A DNA stretch of 64,000 bases from NCBI GenBank assembly GCA_013239625.1, contig MU056000.1, forward strand, positions 9,246,232 through 9,310,231, given 5' to 3'. Below, in pieces: positions 23,303 to 35,537 of this stretch; the first letter of the stretch is position 1; every line of letters begins with the position of its first letter. Position numbers and translations under genes: made by a program. Source of the DNA: Lama guanicoe (taxonomy: Eukaryota). The notes below the pieces were generated by a model. That model saw only the letters and a program-made list of their open reading frames with translations, searched no databases and had not been told where the DNA came from.

Positions 23303-24142
23303 AACTACTTCCCTCTCATCTTGTTTCACTTTCTGAAATTTATTTCCTGCAGTCAACTGAGGTCCAATAATATTAAATGAAAAAATTCAGAAATAAACAA
23401 TTGGTAAGTTTTAACTTGTGTGCCATTCTGAGTGGCGGGATGAAAAGTCAAGCCATCCAGCTCCGTCCTGCCCAGGATGTGAACCATCCCTTCGTTCAGG
23501 GAATCCCGCTGGTTCCTCACTTAGGTTATCAGGTCCACTGTCCTGGTATCACATGTTTGCGTTTGAGTACTCTTATTTAAAGTTCTTAATAATGGCCCCA
23601 AAGCACAAGAGTAGTGATGCTGGCACTTTGGATATACCAAAGAGAAACTGTAAAGTGCTCCCTTTAAGTGAAAAGGTGAATACTGAATGTTCTTGACTTA
23701 ATTAGGAAAGGAAAAAATATCCTGTGCTGAAGTTGCTAAGCTTTATGGTAAGAAAAAATCTTCTATCCATGAAACTGTGAAGAAGGAAAAAGAAATTTGT
23801 GCTAGTTTTGTTCTTGTACCTCAAACTACAAAAGTTACAGCCACAGAGTGTGATAAGTGCTGAGTTAGAATGGAAAAAGCTCTAAATTTTATGATAAAGA
23901 CACTTTGAGAGAGAGAGAAACTGCATTCACATAACTTTTATTACATGTATTAAATACAATTACGATTATCATTATAATTGTTCTATTTTATTATTAGTCA
24001 TAGTTAAAACTCTTCCTGTGCCAAGTTTGTAAGTCAAACTATACCATAGGTCCATATGCATAGGAAAAACATAGTGTATGTAGGGTTTGGCATACACTAG
24101 GGGTCTTGGAACGTGACCCTCTCAAATAAAGAAGGACTAATG
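23303..24142 (+). mobile_element. MER44/Tigger7 internal-deletion derivative (TcMar-Tigger) with transposase N-terminal remnant
   Basis: aatattaaatgaaaaaattcagaaataaacaatt...; ATG at 23592 reads MAPKHKSSDAGTLDIPKRNCKVLPLSEKV, then frameshifts; 3' TIR ggggtcttggaacgt...ggactaatg followed by TA. Confidence 0.9.
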
Positions 24143-25583
24143 TAATAGCAAGATCCCTGAGTGATTTAACTTTCCACATAATCTTATAGGATTGTTTATT
24201 TGTTTTCCTTATTTTCTCATTACAAAGTTTTTGTTTCCAGACTCTTATGCAATCTTAGTTATGGACATTAGAAACCATATCATAACATAAATCATTATGT
24301 CAAAAAATCCGTCTATAGACACCCTCTAGAGAAACTGGTATATATTTTACTTTTAAGTCATGGTTAAAGGAAACCATACAATACACTTGCCACCTTCTAC
24401 ATCTTCAAACACATAAATTCTTGAGTAGGGTGGAGGGAGGGCAATACTAATAATCAGGTACCTTAAATGTAGCTATAAAACACTTAATTATCCTGGTGGA
24501 ATTATTGCACAGCCTGAAAAAAGAACTTGTTATTTTTCTAAGTTATTTTTTTGTGTGTCTGGGGATGTAGACTATAAGCCTAGCCATTAAGGAATTATAT
24601 ACTAGGACCTAATGAATTGTTTAACCAAGACTTCTGGTAATTTTCATTATTTAACTGTAATCAGAAATATGGACTTGGTCCCCAGATTACAAATTCCTCT
24701 TCTTCAATCCAATGTGAAGTTGAGGAGAGAAAATATTAACAGAGAACTAGTGACAGCAGCTAGGCAAACTGTCATGTTTATGAGCAAGTCTTGAAAGCAG
24801 TTCATGCAAGTTGCTAAGCAGCTTGTCATCACTGGATCTTGTATGCTGTGGGCAAAGAGTCCATAGCAAGGGGACTGACAGGTTGCAAAGAATAAAAGCA
24901 AAAAATTATGTAACAGGATATTGGGAAGAAGAGAAAGATTTTAGAGAATGAAAGAGTAAGCACCCTTAGAGTTTGACAAACACGACTTGCTAAAGATTAC
25001 AGTCTTCAAAAAAACTAAGAAAACAGATTCATGGAGTGATCCTGCTAAGTAATAAAATTTAAAAACTAAAAATATATAGGAAATCATGTCTACGTGTAGA
25101 GGAAGGGACCAGAAAGGATTGTATGACTGGTGAAAAGAGGGTGGGGATCGACTTTCCATTTTGAAATTAAAATGAATGAGAAGGTATGATTTGAAATAGT
25201 CTAAACAAACCGAACCATTATCTGCACACTAAGTAAATAAGTCTTGAACTTAATTATTTATGAAGACAGTTGCTATAAATTTATACTTCACCATAGCTAT
25301 CTGTAGCACCTCTGTTTCTTTTGAGTTTTTGCTCTGGAAAACTGGATAGTGAATTGTAGAAAACATAATTTCCTGAAAAATAAAATATTATATCTCTGGA
25401 GAATGCAAAATGGAACGTCTGTGGAGTCTGAGTGGGGACTGAGTGGTGAGTTTTCTGAAATAGGAATATTTTGCTTTATTTTTCTTTCATACCAGTAATG
25501 CTATTATTTCTGGAATTGTCAAGTAGACAATGAGGCTGTCTTCACCTGCTAAGTCCTAACATGTTCCCAGAAAAAGCTATACA

Positions 25584-25898
25584 CAGCTGGCCCTCCTTAT
25601 ACACAGGTTCTGCGGCCATGAATTCAACCAATCTCAGATTTAAAAAATTGGAAAAAATTCCAGAAAGTTAAAAAAAAAAGTCTTGAATTTACCACATGCT
25701 GGCAACTATTTACATAGCATTACATTGTATTGGGTATTATACATAATCTAGGGGTGATTTAAAATGTATAGGAGGATGTGTGCAAGTCACACAGAAATAC
25801 AACACCATTTTATATAAGAAACTTGAACTTCTGTGGATTTCGGTATTCTCAGCAGTCCTGGAACCAATGAATGCCTCATAGATCCCCAGAGAAGACTG
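25584..25898 (+). mobile_element. Tigger3/MER7-like non-autonomous DNA transposon
   Basis: cagctggccctcct...attcaaccaa...gcaactatttacatagcatt...ttttatataagaaacttgaac...gtcctggaaccaat...gactg followed by TA. Confidence 0.88.
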
Positions 25899-26834
25899 TA
25901 GATGTCTGCTTTGAGAATAAAGCAATGGACCAGAACTTCAAAAAAGGAGAGAGTATGTCCCACAAACAGAGCTAAGAAAGGGTTCTAAATTAAGAAATCT
26001 GGCCCTGAGGCACAGGAATAAGGATGCCGCCAGAAAAATGGTGGATCTTAGAAACTAGGAAATGTACCTCTCCTCCTCCACTCTTACTTTATCTAATTTT
26101 ATTTTTTTGATATATATAGTGATAAATATGGTGTAATTTTTATGTATGTTTTGAGTCTCAAATATTACATGTTGAAGATTTGTTAATTAAAAACTTCAGT
26201 TTCTACAATATTGTACTATGAAAACTCGTAGACGGCTGTGTTGCTCAGATTGTTGGCATTTGTAGAACAAAGTCCAGGAAGAAGAGACTACTTACTCCAC
26301 GTGACAGCACAATTGCATTTGTGTCACCAAGATTCTGTCAAAGGAATGAAAGCGACTTGTTTTACGTTACTTATCTTCAATTCAAACGGAGAGAAAAAAT
26401 AAATTCACAGTCATTCAGAAAGCAAATATAAACATTCTTCCACTAAAACTTTTGTACCTGTTACGCTAGGTTCGATGGTTACCATGGGGAGGCCAAAAAC
26501 GTGCCATGTTAAGTGTTATTAAAATTACTGTTGTTGTTTTAGTTGGTGGTGGTGGTGATAGTGTTAGGGTCTTTATAGCATGCTACAGTTTTTCTTCTCC
26601 CTATCATCATCCAATAAATTGTATTTTAGAAGCTCAGGAGCAACACTGCATAAAATTCTCTTGAATAGAGCATCTCTGGTGACCACCATGAATTTATGCC
26701 ATGGAACAAGTGGATGAGTATAAATCTCATTCCACTTTGTCTCCCAGGCATTAATTGTCTCATCAAGTAAATCAAGATTTACCAGGTCCTCTTGACTTTT
26801 CATGTAGTTTACTGATAGATTACCATTTACTATT

Positions 26835-26925
26835 GCTTCACTCAGTAAGTATTTATTAACTACTACTAGAGTTTCTTGGGACACAGTGATAGGCCAGAGT
26901 CCCTGTCTTCAAGAGTATGTAGGTC
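26835..26925 (-). mobile_element. L2 3' fragment
   Basis: ttcactcagtaagtatttattaac...gggacacagtga...gtccctgtcttcaagag. Confidence 0.6.
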
Positions 26926-27169
26926 ATGACCCTTCCTCTATTAAAAGAGCATCTCTCAGGTAGCTATGCTGTGCACCACACGACTGTGTCATCAGAAATG
27001 TATGATAAGCTAGTGACAGCAGCTAACCCAAGAGTTTTCAGTTCATGGTCTGGCCAATAATCTACATCTGATTGGCTGTGGAGGGGTGAGCTGGACTTTT
27101 AGGGGACTGGCGTCTTGGGGTTACGTCCTTCCTTCACATGGATCTCTTCAGTGGTTCACGTGTTCCTTC

Positions 27170-27810
27170 TGCCCATTATTTCCTTCTCTGCTATCAGCAC
27201 TCCCAGTCTAGCTCTTTGGAACTCTCAGGCCTCTTGAATTTTGTTTTGTTTTATTTCTTGTTGGTGGTGTTGGTTTTTTCCCCCCTCTTAGGTGAGACAG
27301 GAAGGCTAGATGGAGCTGGAGTTAGAGGAACGCCCTTTCTACCACAAGCAGAATAAAGCTCTGTCAAATATTTCCCCTTGCAGTGCAGACCTTCATTATG
27401 GAGAATGCTCTGAAGCTATTTCACAGTGATTTTTCTCTGCTCCTGCTCCTGTCCGATACATAAGGGAATCCTTCTCATTCAGAGTGAGAAACTTATGATG
27501 TTCCTGTAGGTCAAATTTATAGTGATACAGGGACCCCCTGAGGAATGCAGTTTTTAATCCCCAGAAATGTCTCACATTCATATATTTCTACCCTCTGTCT
27601 CATGCAGTTGGTCAAAATTACCATTTCAGAGTTCCTTTGAGTCATGGGTTCTGTCGCTCCAGATTAACAAGTAGTAGTTCCCCCTGAACTGAATTTTCTG
27701 ATGAGTCCAAGATAAGCCGTTGATCTTTCAATTTTCCCAGCCTTTCCTTATTGTAATGATGAAAGTGAGGATCTGCAGGCTTTTTACAGTTGGAGCTGTA
27801 ATTGGAATTT
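27170..27810 (-). mobile_element. Old L1 5' end (L1MC/L1M4-type 5'UTR)
   Basis: ttttcccccctcttaggtgagacaggaaggctaga...ttttctgatgagtccaagataagccgttgatctttcaattttcccagcctttccttattgtaa...gagctgtaattggaa. Confidence 0.65.
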
Positions 27811-28080
27811 TAAACATTAATATTATTAACTTAGCTCTGTCTGTGAGACATCATTCCACACTAGACTTTACAGAACAGTGGGCATGGAATGAGGAACAAA
27901 TATGATTTAACCACAGCCATAATGTGCAAAACCAGGATATAAAGCCTGCCTCAAGTGGTTTAATGCACAAACAGGATTAAAGTGTCTGGATCTTGTCCTA
28001 ACAGAGTCCAAATGAAGAGCAAAAAATGAAGAATGGAGCCGGTCAAGAAAACCAAAGAGTTGACAATTAAAACATGTGAG

Positions 28081-28317
28081 GAGTTCTAGATTTGCAGATA
28101 CTAACTAATATACATAAAATAGATAAATGATAAGTTTATACTGTATAGCACAGGGAACTACATTCAATATCTTGTAGTAACCTATGGTAAAAAATAATAT
28201 GAAAATGAATATATGTATGTTCCTATATGACTGAAGTATTGTGCTGTACACCAGAAATTGACACATTGTAAACTGACTATACTTCAATAAAAATATATTT
28301 TAAAAAATTAAGCAAAA
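28081..28317 (+). mobile_element. Young (camelid-type) 5'-truncated L1 3'UTR with TSD
   Basis: ctgtatagcacagggaactacattcaatatcttgtagtaacct...ctgtacaccagaaattgacacattgtaaactgactatacttcaataaaa; TSD aaaacatgtgag (28069-28080, preceded by tt, the TT/AAAA site) / aaaaagtgtgag (28318-28329). Confidence 0.93.
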
Positions 28318-29299
28318 AAAAAGTGTGAGACAAGTTGTAAAATTTGAGAAATCATTCATTTAAAGTCCAGAGGTTCATAGGCATTTTTTCCTGAGTGTTT
28401 TTGTAGGTGTAGACAGTGCTTGCAATATGTCATAACAGAGAGGAGACCAGCTCATTGGGGACAGTGTCACACACGGAAGCTCGCAAAGTTCATTCTTATT
28501 TTTGAGAATATTTGCAAGGAGTGGCGTGAATTCAGCACAAACTGAGAGTACACTTGATTGACTTACCATCTCATTGCTGTAGTCTGAATTCCCATCTGGT
28601 CAAAGGTGACCAGTCTTAGATACAAAGGGAAATAAAGTTTTCACCCTCTAGTGATGGGGATGTCATAGTTCTCAAAAGTTATCATACGTAAATCAAGTGC
28701 CATTTCATAAAGCAAACTTTAACGTGCTGTCAGGTTTAATTTTTGTTTTTGGTGGGGGGATTCTTGTCTGGGGCTTTTAACTTAGACAGCTTTCTAGAAA
28801 TTAGTGTCACATGGAAGCATTTCATTGACACTTTAATGACTGACTTTTCTTCCACTAAGGGCAGGAATTTAAGGTGAAAGCAGTGACACTAATATTAAAA
28901 CAACTTGATCATTCTGAAAGGCAAGTTATTTCAAGTCTGAGTCTCTTTGGAAACATTTGAAAAAAATCATTTTGATTCTGGTGCATGTTGGTTTTATGCT
29001 GGGTTTTGCCAAAGATAACTAGCTCTGTTGATATAGAAATTGCTTTGCACCGTTGGGGTTTTATAAGAAAACATGATTAAAGTATCATAATTTATTATTC
29101 TATCACGAGGGCCTCACTGTGTTCTGTGTTTTGTTTGGTGTGTATTAACACTGAGTATTCTCACAATATGACATCAATATGAAATAGACTCAATTTATCA
29201 CGGCAACTAGGAATAGTAATATCAAATTTAGGTGGAAAAGGTGAACTACTGTATTTTACTAATATCACGCCCACTGTAGTTGGAATGTTTTTTATCTTT

Positions 29300-30635
29300 T
29301 CCTTTTCATTTACTTTTATATCTCTATTTATATTAAAATCACATCTCATTTAGGTACTATGTAGCTAGGTTTCCCTTTTTGAATCCATGATGCCAATATG
29401 TACCTTTTAAACAGAGTCCTTATAATTAACCTTTAATAAACTATGGAAAATATTGTCAATCTGTCAAGTTTTATTATTTACTATGTTCTCTCTAATTTTT
29501 ATTTCACTTTTTTCCTTTCCTTGCCTTTTAGTCATTATTTTAGTATTTTAAAATAGACTATTTTAAATCGTCTACTGGCTTTTTGGCCAAAATTCTTTCT
29601 ATTAGTTTTCAGTAGTTGCTTCTGAGATTATGATATACGTATCTAAATTTTCACAGCCTACTGAGAGTGAATATTTTAACACTTCGCACAAAACACCATA
29701 CAGAAGGATTATAAAACTGTAAGCCTTTATATCGCCTTATTTTCTTTAATTTTCTTTATTTTCTGTTTAGTTGTCTAGGGCTGCCATTACAAAGTATATT
29801 TTGATGGGAGGATTAAAACAACAGATTCCTCCATATTTGTTTTTTAAAAATTAAGCAAGAAATCAGACATTTATATTAACTGAGAAATTTACCATTTCTA
29901 ATGTTCTTACTTTGCTCTCAAATATCAAATTTTCTCTGTAGTATACTTTCCTTTTTGGCCTGGTTAATATTATTTTGCATTTTTTTGCATTTTGCATTTT
30001 GTTGTAAAAAAATCTTCTAGCATCCAATGTTCTCATTTTTTTCTTCATGTGATATTGTTTTCATTTTTCCTCTGTCCTTGAAAAAGTGTTTTTGCTGAGT
30101 ATAGATTTTAGGGTAGAAATTTGTTTTACCTTTCTCTAACACTGTGCCTTTTTGCTTTATCGATTTTCCCCACTGTCTTCCACACACCATGATTTCTGGC
30201 TTGAAATCAACTATCATTTTAATTCTTGTTTCCTCTACTTAATATGTCCATTTTCTCTATTATATTTGAATTTTTTTCTTTCCTTTGGCTTTCCAGCCAG
30301 TTGATTTTACGTGAATAAGCTTGGTTATCTTTTAACTTATCCTATTCATGATTTGTTGAATTTTCCGTCTATAATTTTTGAAAAATTTGATAACTTTTTA
30401 TGTATTATTTCTTTAAATATTCTTTCTACTCAAATCTCTGTCACTTCTTCTATTTCTATTAGATTTTTTTGATAGTTTCCCAAAGGTCCCCAAAAGTGTT
30501 GTTTTTGTTTGTTTGTTTGCTTTTAATGCATTTTCTTCTGATGGATTGTTCTGACTTAAAAAGTAGCTGATTCATTTGCCTGTCTTATCCATTGTGCTTT
30601 TGGATCCACTGAGTAAATTTTTTTTCAGATATTAT
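29300..30635 (-). mobile_element. Old L1 (L1ME/L1MD-like), antisense ORF1-to-early-ORF2 region
   Basis: T-rich; ccttgaaaaagtgtttttgctgagtatagattttaggg...tgtattatttctttaaatattcttt...tttttttcagatattataatt. Confidence 0.7.
29760..29826 (-). mobile_element. Short MLT1 LTR end fragment
   Basis: tgtttagttgtctagggctgccattacaaagta...ttaaaacaacaga. Confidence 0.6.
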
Positions 30636-30639
30636 AATT

Positions 30640-31760
30640 CATAATTAGCCTACAAATTCAATAATTTGGATGAATTGGACAAATTTTTTGAAAAATATAA
30701 TTTACCAAACTAATATAAGAATAAAACAGAGAATCTAAGTAGTTCTATATCTAATAAGAATTCAAAAAACTTTAAACAAGAATACTCCAACCAGGAGTTA
30801 AGCCAAGATGGTTTCACTGGAGAAGTAAATCAAACATTTAAGGAAGAAAACATGCCAATATTACTTATTTAGTTACTTATTTAGTTTTTAATTTATAGAA
30901 TAAACCATTGTCCAAATTGTTTTATGAAGCCAGTATATGAATAATAGCAAAAAGATGTCACAAAAAAGAGACAGAGAGAAAGAAAGAAAAAAAAGAGGGA
31001 GGGAGCAAAGGAGGAATGAAAGAAAATGAAAAAATGGGAAGAAGAGGTGGAGAAATGGAGGCTTGGTGGAAGGAAGGAAAGAAGAAAGAACAGGAAAGGA
31101 AAAAAAATAGCGTGTGACTATTATCTCTCATTTGACAAACTGACAAACTGAATTCAACAATATATAGAGAGGCAAATATATCATGACCAAACACAATTTC
31201 ACCTCAGAAATGCAAGGATATTTTTAAAAAGTAGCTTTACTGTTCATAATTCACATACAATTCATACAATTCACTCACTTCAAGCATACAATTAAATGTG
31301 TTTTTAGTATGAGCCTCCAAGAAAGGTCTTGCCAGCTGTCTTATTCACCTCCTCCATAACTTTTGTTACTGAATTTTCATATATTTCCTTCAGTAGGTGT
31401 TCCTTCATTGCTCTTTGCCTTTAGGGTTCCAGAACCATGATTCACTGGTCAGTGGAGTTTCTGTCACTGCCAGAAATTGATCCTTAGGAATGAATGTTCG
31501 TTTAATGTTAAAAAAATCAATAAATGTATTTATTATAGCAACGGAATCATGAAAAGATATAATTCAGTATTCATGATTTTTTAAAATGCTATGCAAGCTA
31601 GAATAATTAGAAATATACTCAAGCTGATAAAATATTTGTGAAAATTCAACAGCTCACATAATACATAATGCTAAAACACTAAATTATTACCCCTTTATAT
31701 CTTTTAAAAAAGCAAATATGTCAGATTTCACCATTTCTATACAGCATTTTACTGATGGTG
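30640..31760 (+). mobile_element. Old L1 ORF2 fragment (sense), interrupted by low-complexity sequence and other inserts
   Basis: aaattcaataatttggatgaattggacaaattttttgaaaaatataatttacca = KFNNLDELDKFFEKYNLP (compare L1 NLEEMDKFL); ccaagatggtttcactggagaa; ttttatgaagccagtat. Confidence 0.8.
30962..31107. repeat. GA-rich low-complexity tract
   Basis: Direct reading. Confidence 0.8.
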
Positions 31761-31769
31761 AACAACAGA

Positions 31770-31927
31770 CTGTCCTGGCCATGCGTATATACACATATAT
31801 TCGTTTTCATATTCTTTTTCATTAAAGGTTATTACAAGACATTGAATATAGTTCCCTGTGCTATATAGAAGGAAAAAAAGTTTATCTATTTTCATACAGA
31901 GTGGTTAACATTTGCAGATTTTAAACT
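31770..31927 (-). mobile_element. Young L1 3'UTR internal fragment (no poly-T end visible)
   Basis: catatattcgttttcatattctttttcattaaaggttattacaagacattgaatatagttccctgtgctata. Confidence 0.88.
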
Positions 31928-32079
31928 AGCACCTTAACATTTGAGATCTGGCATATGATTTAAAGCACCAATAATCATTATTTTTAGTCTTATTAAATTA
32001 GTGCAAGGTCAATGTTATCAAGTTTCTTTCTAAAATATTTATATTCCGCTGCTTTGACCAGTTCATCATTGACCTGTTT

Positions 32080-32431
32080 CTTTTAGTTGGAGTACCGCCA
32101 GTTACAAAGTGCCAATTTCTGGTGTGCAGTACAATATCCCAGTCATGCATACACATACATATACTCGTTTTCATATTCTTTTTCATTAAAAGTTATTACA
32201 AGATATTGAACATAGTTCCCTGTGCTATACAGCAGACGCTTTTTTAAAAATCTATTTTTATATATAGTGGCTAACATCTGTAAATCTCAAACTTCTGAAT
32301 TTATCCCTTCCCACTCACTTTTCCCAGTAACTGTAAGATTGTTTACTATATCTGTGAATATGTTTCTGTTTTGTAGATGAGTTCATAGTGCCCTTTTTTT
32401 CCTTTTTTTCTTTTTTTTAGACTCCACATAA
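32080..32431 (-). mobile_element. Young (camelid-type) 5'-truncated L1 3'UTR
   Basis: Same family as 18721-19071; degenerate TSD atcattgacctgtt (from 32065) / accattgactttt|a (32432-32444). Confidence 0.9.
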
Positions 32432-32764
32432 ACCATTGACTTTTATGTAAAATTTTCATTCATTCACTTCATTTATAGCTCTTTTGTAGGAATGATTGCA
32501 GGATATTATCTTACTCAGCTCAATTTGTGTGCATAGATTTTCTGAGTTGATTGAATTAGCTTTCGTAAAGTGTTATTTAAAGCTCAGTATTATTCTTTTC
32601 TTTGGTTTCTTTCTTTCATTGATCTCTCTCTAAATCCTTTATTTCTATAGGCAACATGAATTCAGTGGTATCTATGTCTTTACGTGAAGGAAAGAAAATA
32701 GTGAAATAATTAAATTTGGGTTACATTTTTCAGTATTCTGCATTAAAATGTAATAATCCTCATT

Positions 32765-32870
32765 CTAATGAAGCATTTATTGAGTGCTCATCGTGGCACA
32801 TTGGGCATGACACAGAATATAGTGAACTCAAAGCTATTGGCCTGCTGAAGAGGTACATTCTGGAGGAACA
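32765..32870 (-). mobile_element. L2 3' fragment
   Basis: aagcatttattgagtgctca...ggcacattgggca...acagaatatagtgaac. Confidence 0.55.
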
Positions 32871-34728
32871 GCATGTTAAGTCTGAGGTCTAGACTGTCAC
32901 TCAATGAGTGGATTTTGGGCAAAGATCACAATTTCCTACTGAAATTTTTTTCACAGTCTAGAACATGCACTTGAGAATGTAGGAGTACAGTAACATAGAT
33001 TCTCCCCAATTGATCGAGAGCTAAATCGAACCTCCAAAAAGGCAAGAGGGTAGCAAAGCCTCGGTAATTAGATGAGAGTATTCCAAATGTAATAGAGAGT
33101 TTAGTTAAGACCACTGTCAAATGACCTAGTGTAAACCTAGAAGGACCTACCCAAGTGATTGATGGTTGCTTCTATCAAGAGGTAAGGAGTTGAAATGGGT
33201 AATTATCTTGAAATTCTAATGATAGCTAGACTGTCGATGTTTGCAGAGTAACCCCATTTAGTCCTCTACATGAAATAGCAAGTTTCTACCTTCATGCTAT
33301 GATCTTCTAGAAAAGGATTTCACCTAAATGAGTAAGTCTACAGGTCAAGCAGAGCAACAGTAAAATTTCATACAAAACAGAATGTTTGCTATTGACCTGT
33401 GCACAAGATGGAAATTGGGTGCTGACTTTTTGGACTTAATTCTGGAATAACTGATTTCTCTACAGACACTTTGTTTTGTCTTGTTTTGTTTTTTAAATAG
33501 GAAATTACAAATTATTTTAATTTTTAAATTAAGTTCACCAAATTTCAGTATTAACTGAAAACTCTGTCAAACATTTTTAATTGACTGGGGGGCTTTTTCT
33601 GTCTGTTTGTTTCTATGTGAAGATATATAACTGAAAACTTATGTTGCCTCAATAATGGCCCCAAAACTAGGATCATTGTATGTACAGCAGTTAAGAAGCC
33701 CCAAGTAGGGCAAAAAGGGGCCGGTTCCTTTAAGGAAATCAATTGTTTAGTCTGTTGTCTTGGTATCAGGCAGATCAGTTAAGAAGACTGGAAAAAGTAA
33801 AAAAGTTTTCACTCCAATGAGCATAAGTATGACTCCCCTATCTTCAGAATCTCTAAATTTGATTTTGATGTCTACTTCTTGTCTCTTCAGCATTAGCAAT
33901 AGGTCATATTCCCTTTTGTGTATTAATGGATTGTTACCTCCTCCTCAAATCTACTCTCTCTATTGGTATAATGTCCCCCTACTCCTGGGGAATGATCTGA
34001 TAACAGCCATGTAGGATGTAGCTCTTTGATTGTGGCATTGCATCTTTGAATATTTATATTTAATTATTCTGTGTAATTATAAACTCAAAGGTTTATTCTC
34101 TGAAGGTAGATTGGGTCATATGAATTATTTGAGCAGGTGACTTTATAAGATGTGAAATAATTATGGACTGTGGACAGTGATTGAATAAGTCATAGTGAGT
34201 GCTGTCTGTTGAAAATGTTACTTCAAAGAATTTTGAGTCCTAACAATTTTTTAAATCACTCATTTTGTCTCAGAAATGAGTTCAAATTAATTAAAAGTAG
34301 CATCAACTAACTTTAAAAATTATACCAGGTGTTCCAAGATTTATTGTGCTGATTTATTGTGTTGATCTAAATTGTGTCGATTTAGATATGAAATGTTTGC
34401 TTTTATTGACAACAGATTATTGACGATTTATAAATAGTGATTTATAAACAGATTTTAATCAGGTTGATTGAAACAATTCAGTAAGTCTACAGATGTTCAC
34501 ATATTACTGCTGTGTAGCAGTAGACGCACAGAGGTTATTTTTTTTCTGGAGTTGGAGATGAGTGATACCACACATACAACACATCCGATCTCATCCCCAG
34601 AAATCACAAGTTCCTGGTGCTTACTGCAGGTTTGTGACGTGCCAACATCATTTCAAATGTGATACAATGAAAATCAAGTCCAAAGTAAAGGTGGGCTTCT
34701 CATCGTCTTATATTACAATGCATTTTTT

Positions 34729-35051
34729 NNNNNNNNNNNNNNNNNNNNNNNNNNNNNNNNNNNNNNNNNNNNNNNNNNNNNNNNNNNNNNNNNNNNNNNN
34801 NNNNNNNNNNNNNNNNNNNNNNNNNNNNNNNNNNNNNNNNNNNNNNNNNNNNNNNNNNNNNNNNNNNNNNNNNNNNNNNNNNNNNNNNNNNNNNNNNNNN
34901 NNNNNNNNNNNNNNNNNNNNNNNNNNNNNNNNNNNNNNNNNNNNNNNNNNNNNNNNNNNNNNNNNNNNNNNNNNNNNNNNNNNNNNNNNNNNNNNNNNNN
35001 NNNNNNNNNNNNNNNNNNNNNNNNNNNNNNNNNNNNNNNNNNNNNNNNNNN
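34729..35051. other. Assembly gap (323 N)
   Basis: Run of n. Confidence 1.
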
Positions 35052-35177
35052 GAAACCCAACACAATCATTGAGCCATAACTGGCAACTTGTCAGTTCTCA
35101 CAGCTCAATGAGAAAAGAGCAAACAGACACTACCCGTCAGAGACCACACAGTCCTGGTTATCAATGCTGATCTGATG

Positions 35178-35537
35178 NNNNNNNNNNNNNNNNNNNNNNN
35201 NNNNNNNNNNNNNNNNNNNNNNNNNNNNNNNNNNNNNNNNNNNNNNNNNNNNNNNNNNNNNNNNNNNNNNNNNNNNNNNNNNNNNNNNNNNNNNNNNNNN
35301 NNNNNNNNNNNNNNNNNNNNNNNNNNNNNNNNNNNNNNNNNNNNNNNNNNNNNNNNNNNNNNNNNNNNNNNNNNNNNNNNNNNNNNNNNNNNNNNNNNNN
35401 NNNNNNNNNNNNNNNNNNNNNNNNNNNNNNNNNNNNNNNNNNNNNNNNNNNNNNNNNNNNNNNNNNNNNNNNNNNNNNNNNNNNNNNNNNNNNNNNNNNN
35501 NNNNNNNNNNNNNNNNNNNNNNNNNNNNNNNNNNNNN
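35178..35537. other. Assembly gap (360 N)
   Basis: Run of n. Confidence 1.

Noticed and set aside
23418..23900. Domesticated Tigger transposase gene
   Set aside because: Only the N-terminal remnant is present. It is frameshifted after about 30 codons and internally deleted, as expected for MER44-type elements.
26230..26300. tRNA-like start ggctgtgttgctcagattgtt
   Set aside because: No B-box/T-arm or cloverleaf follows.
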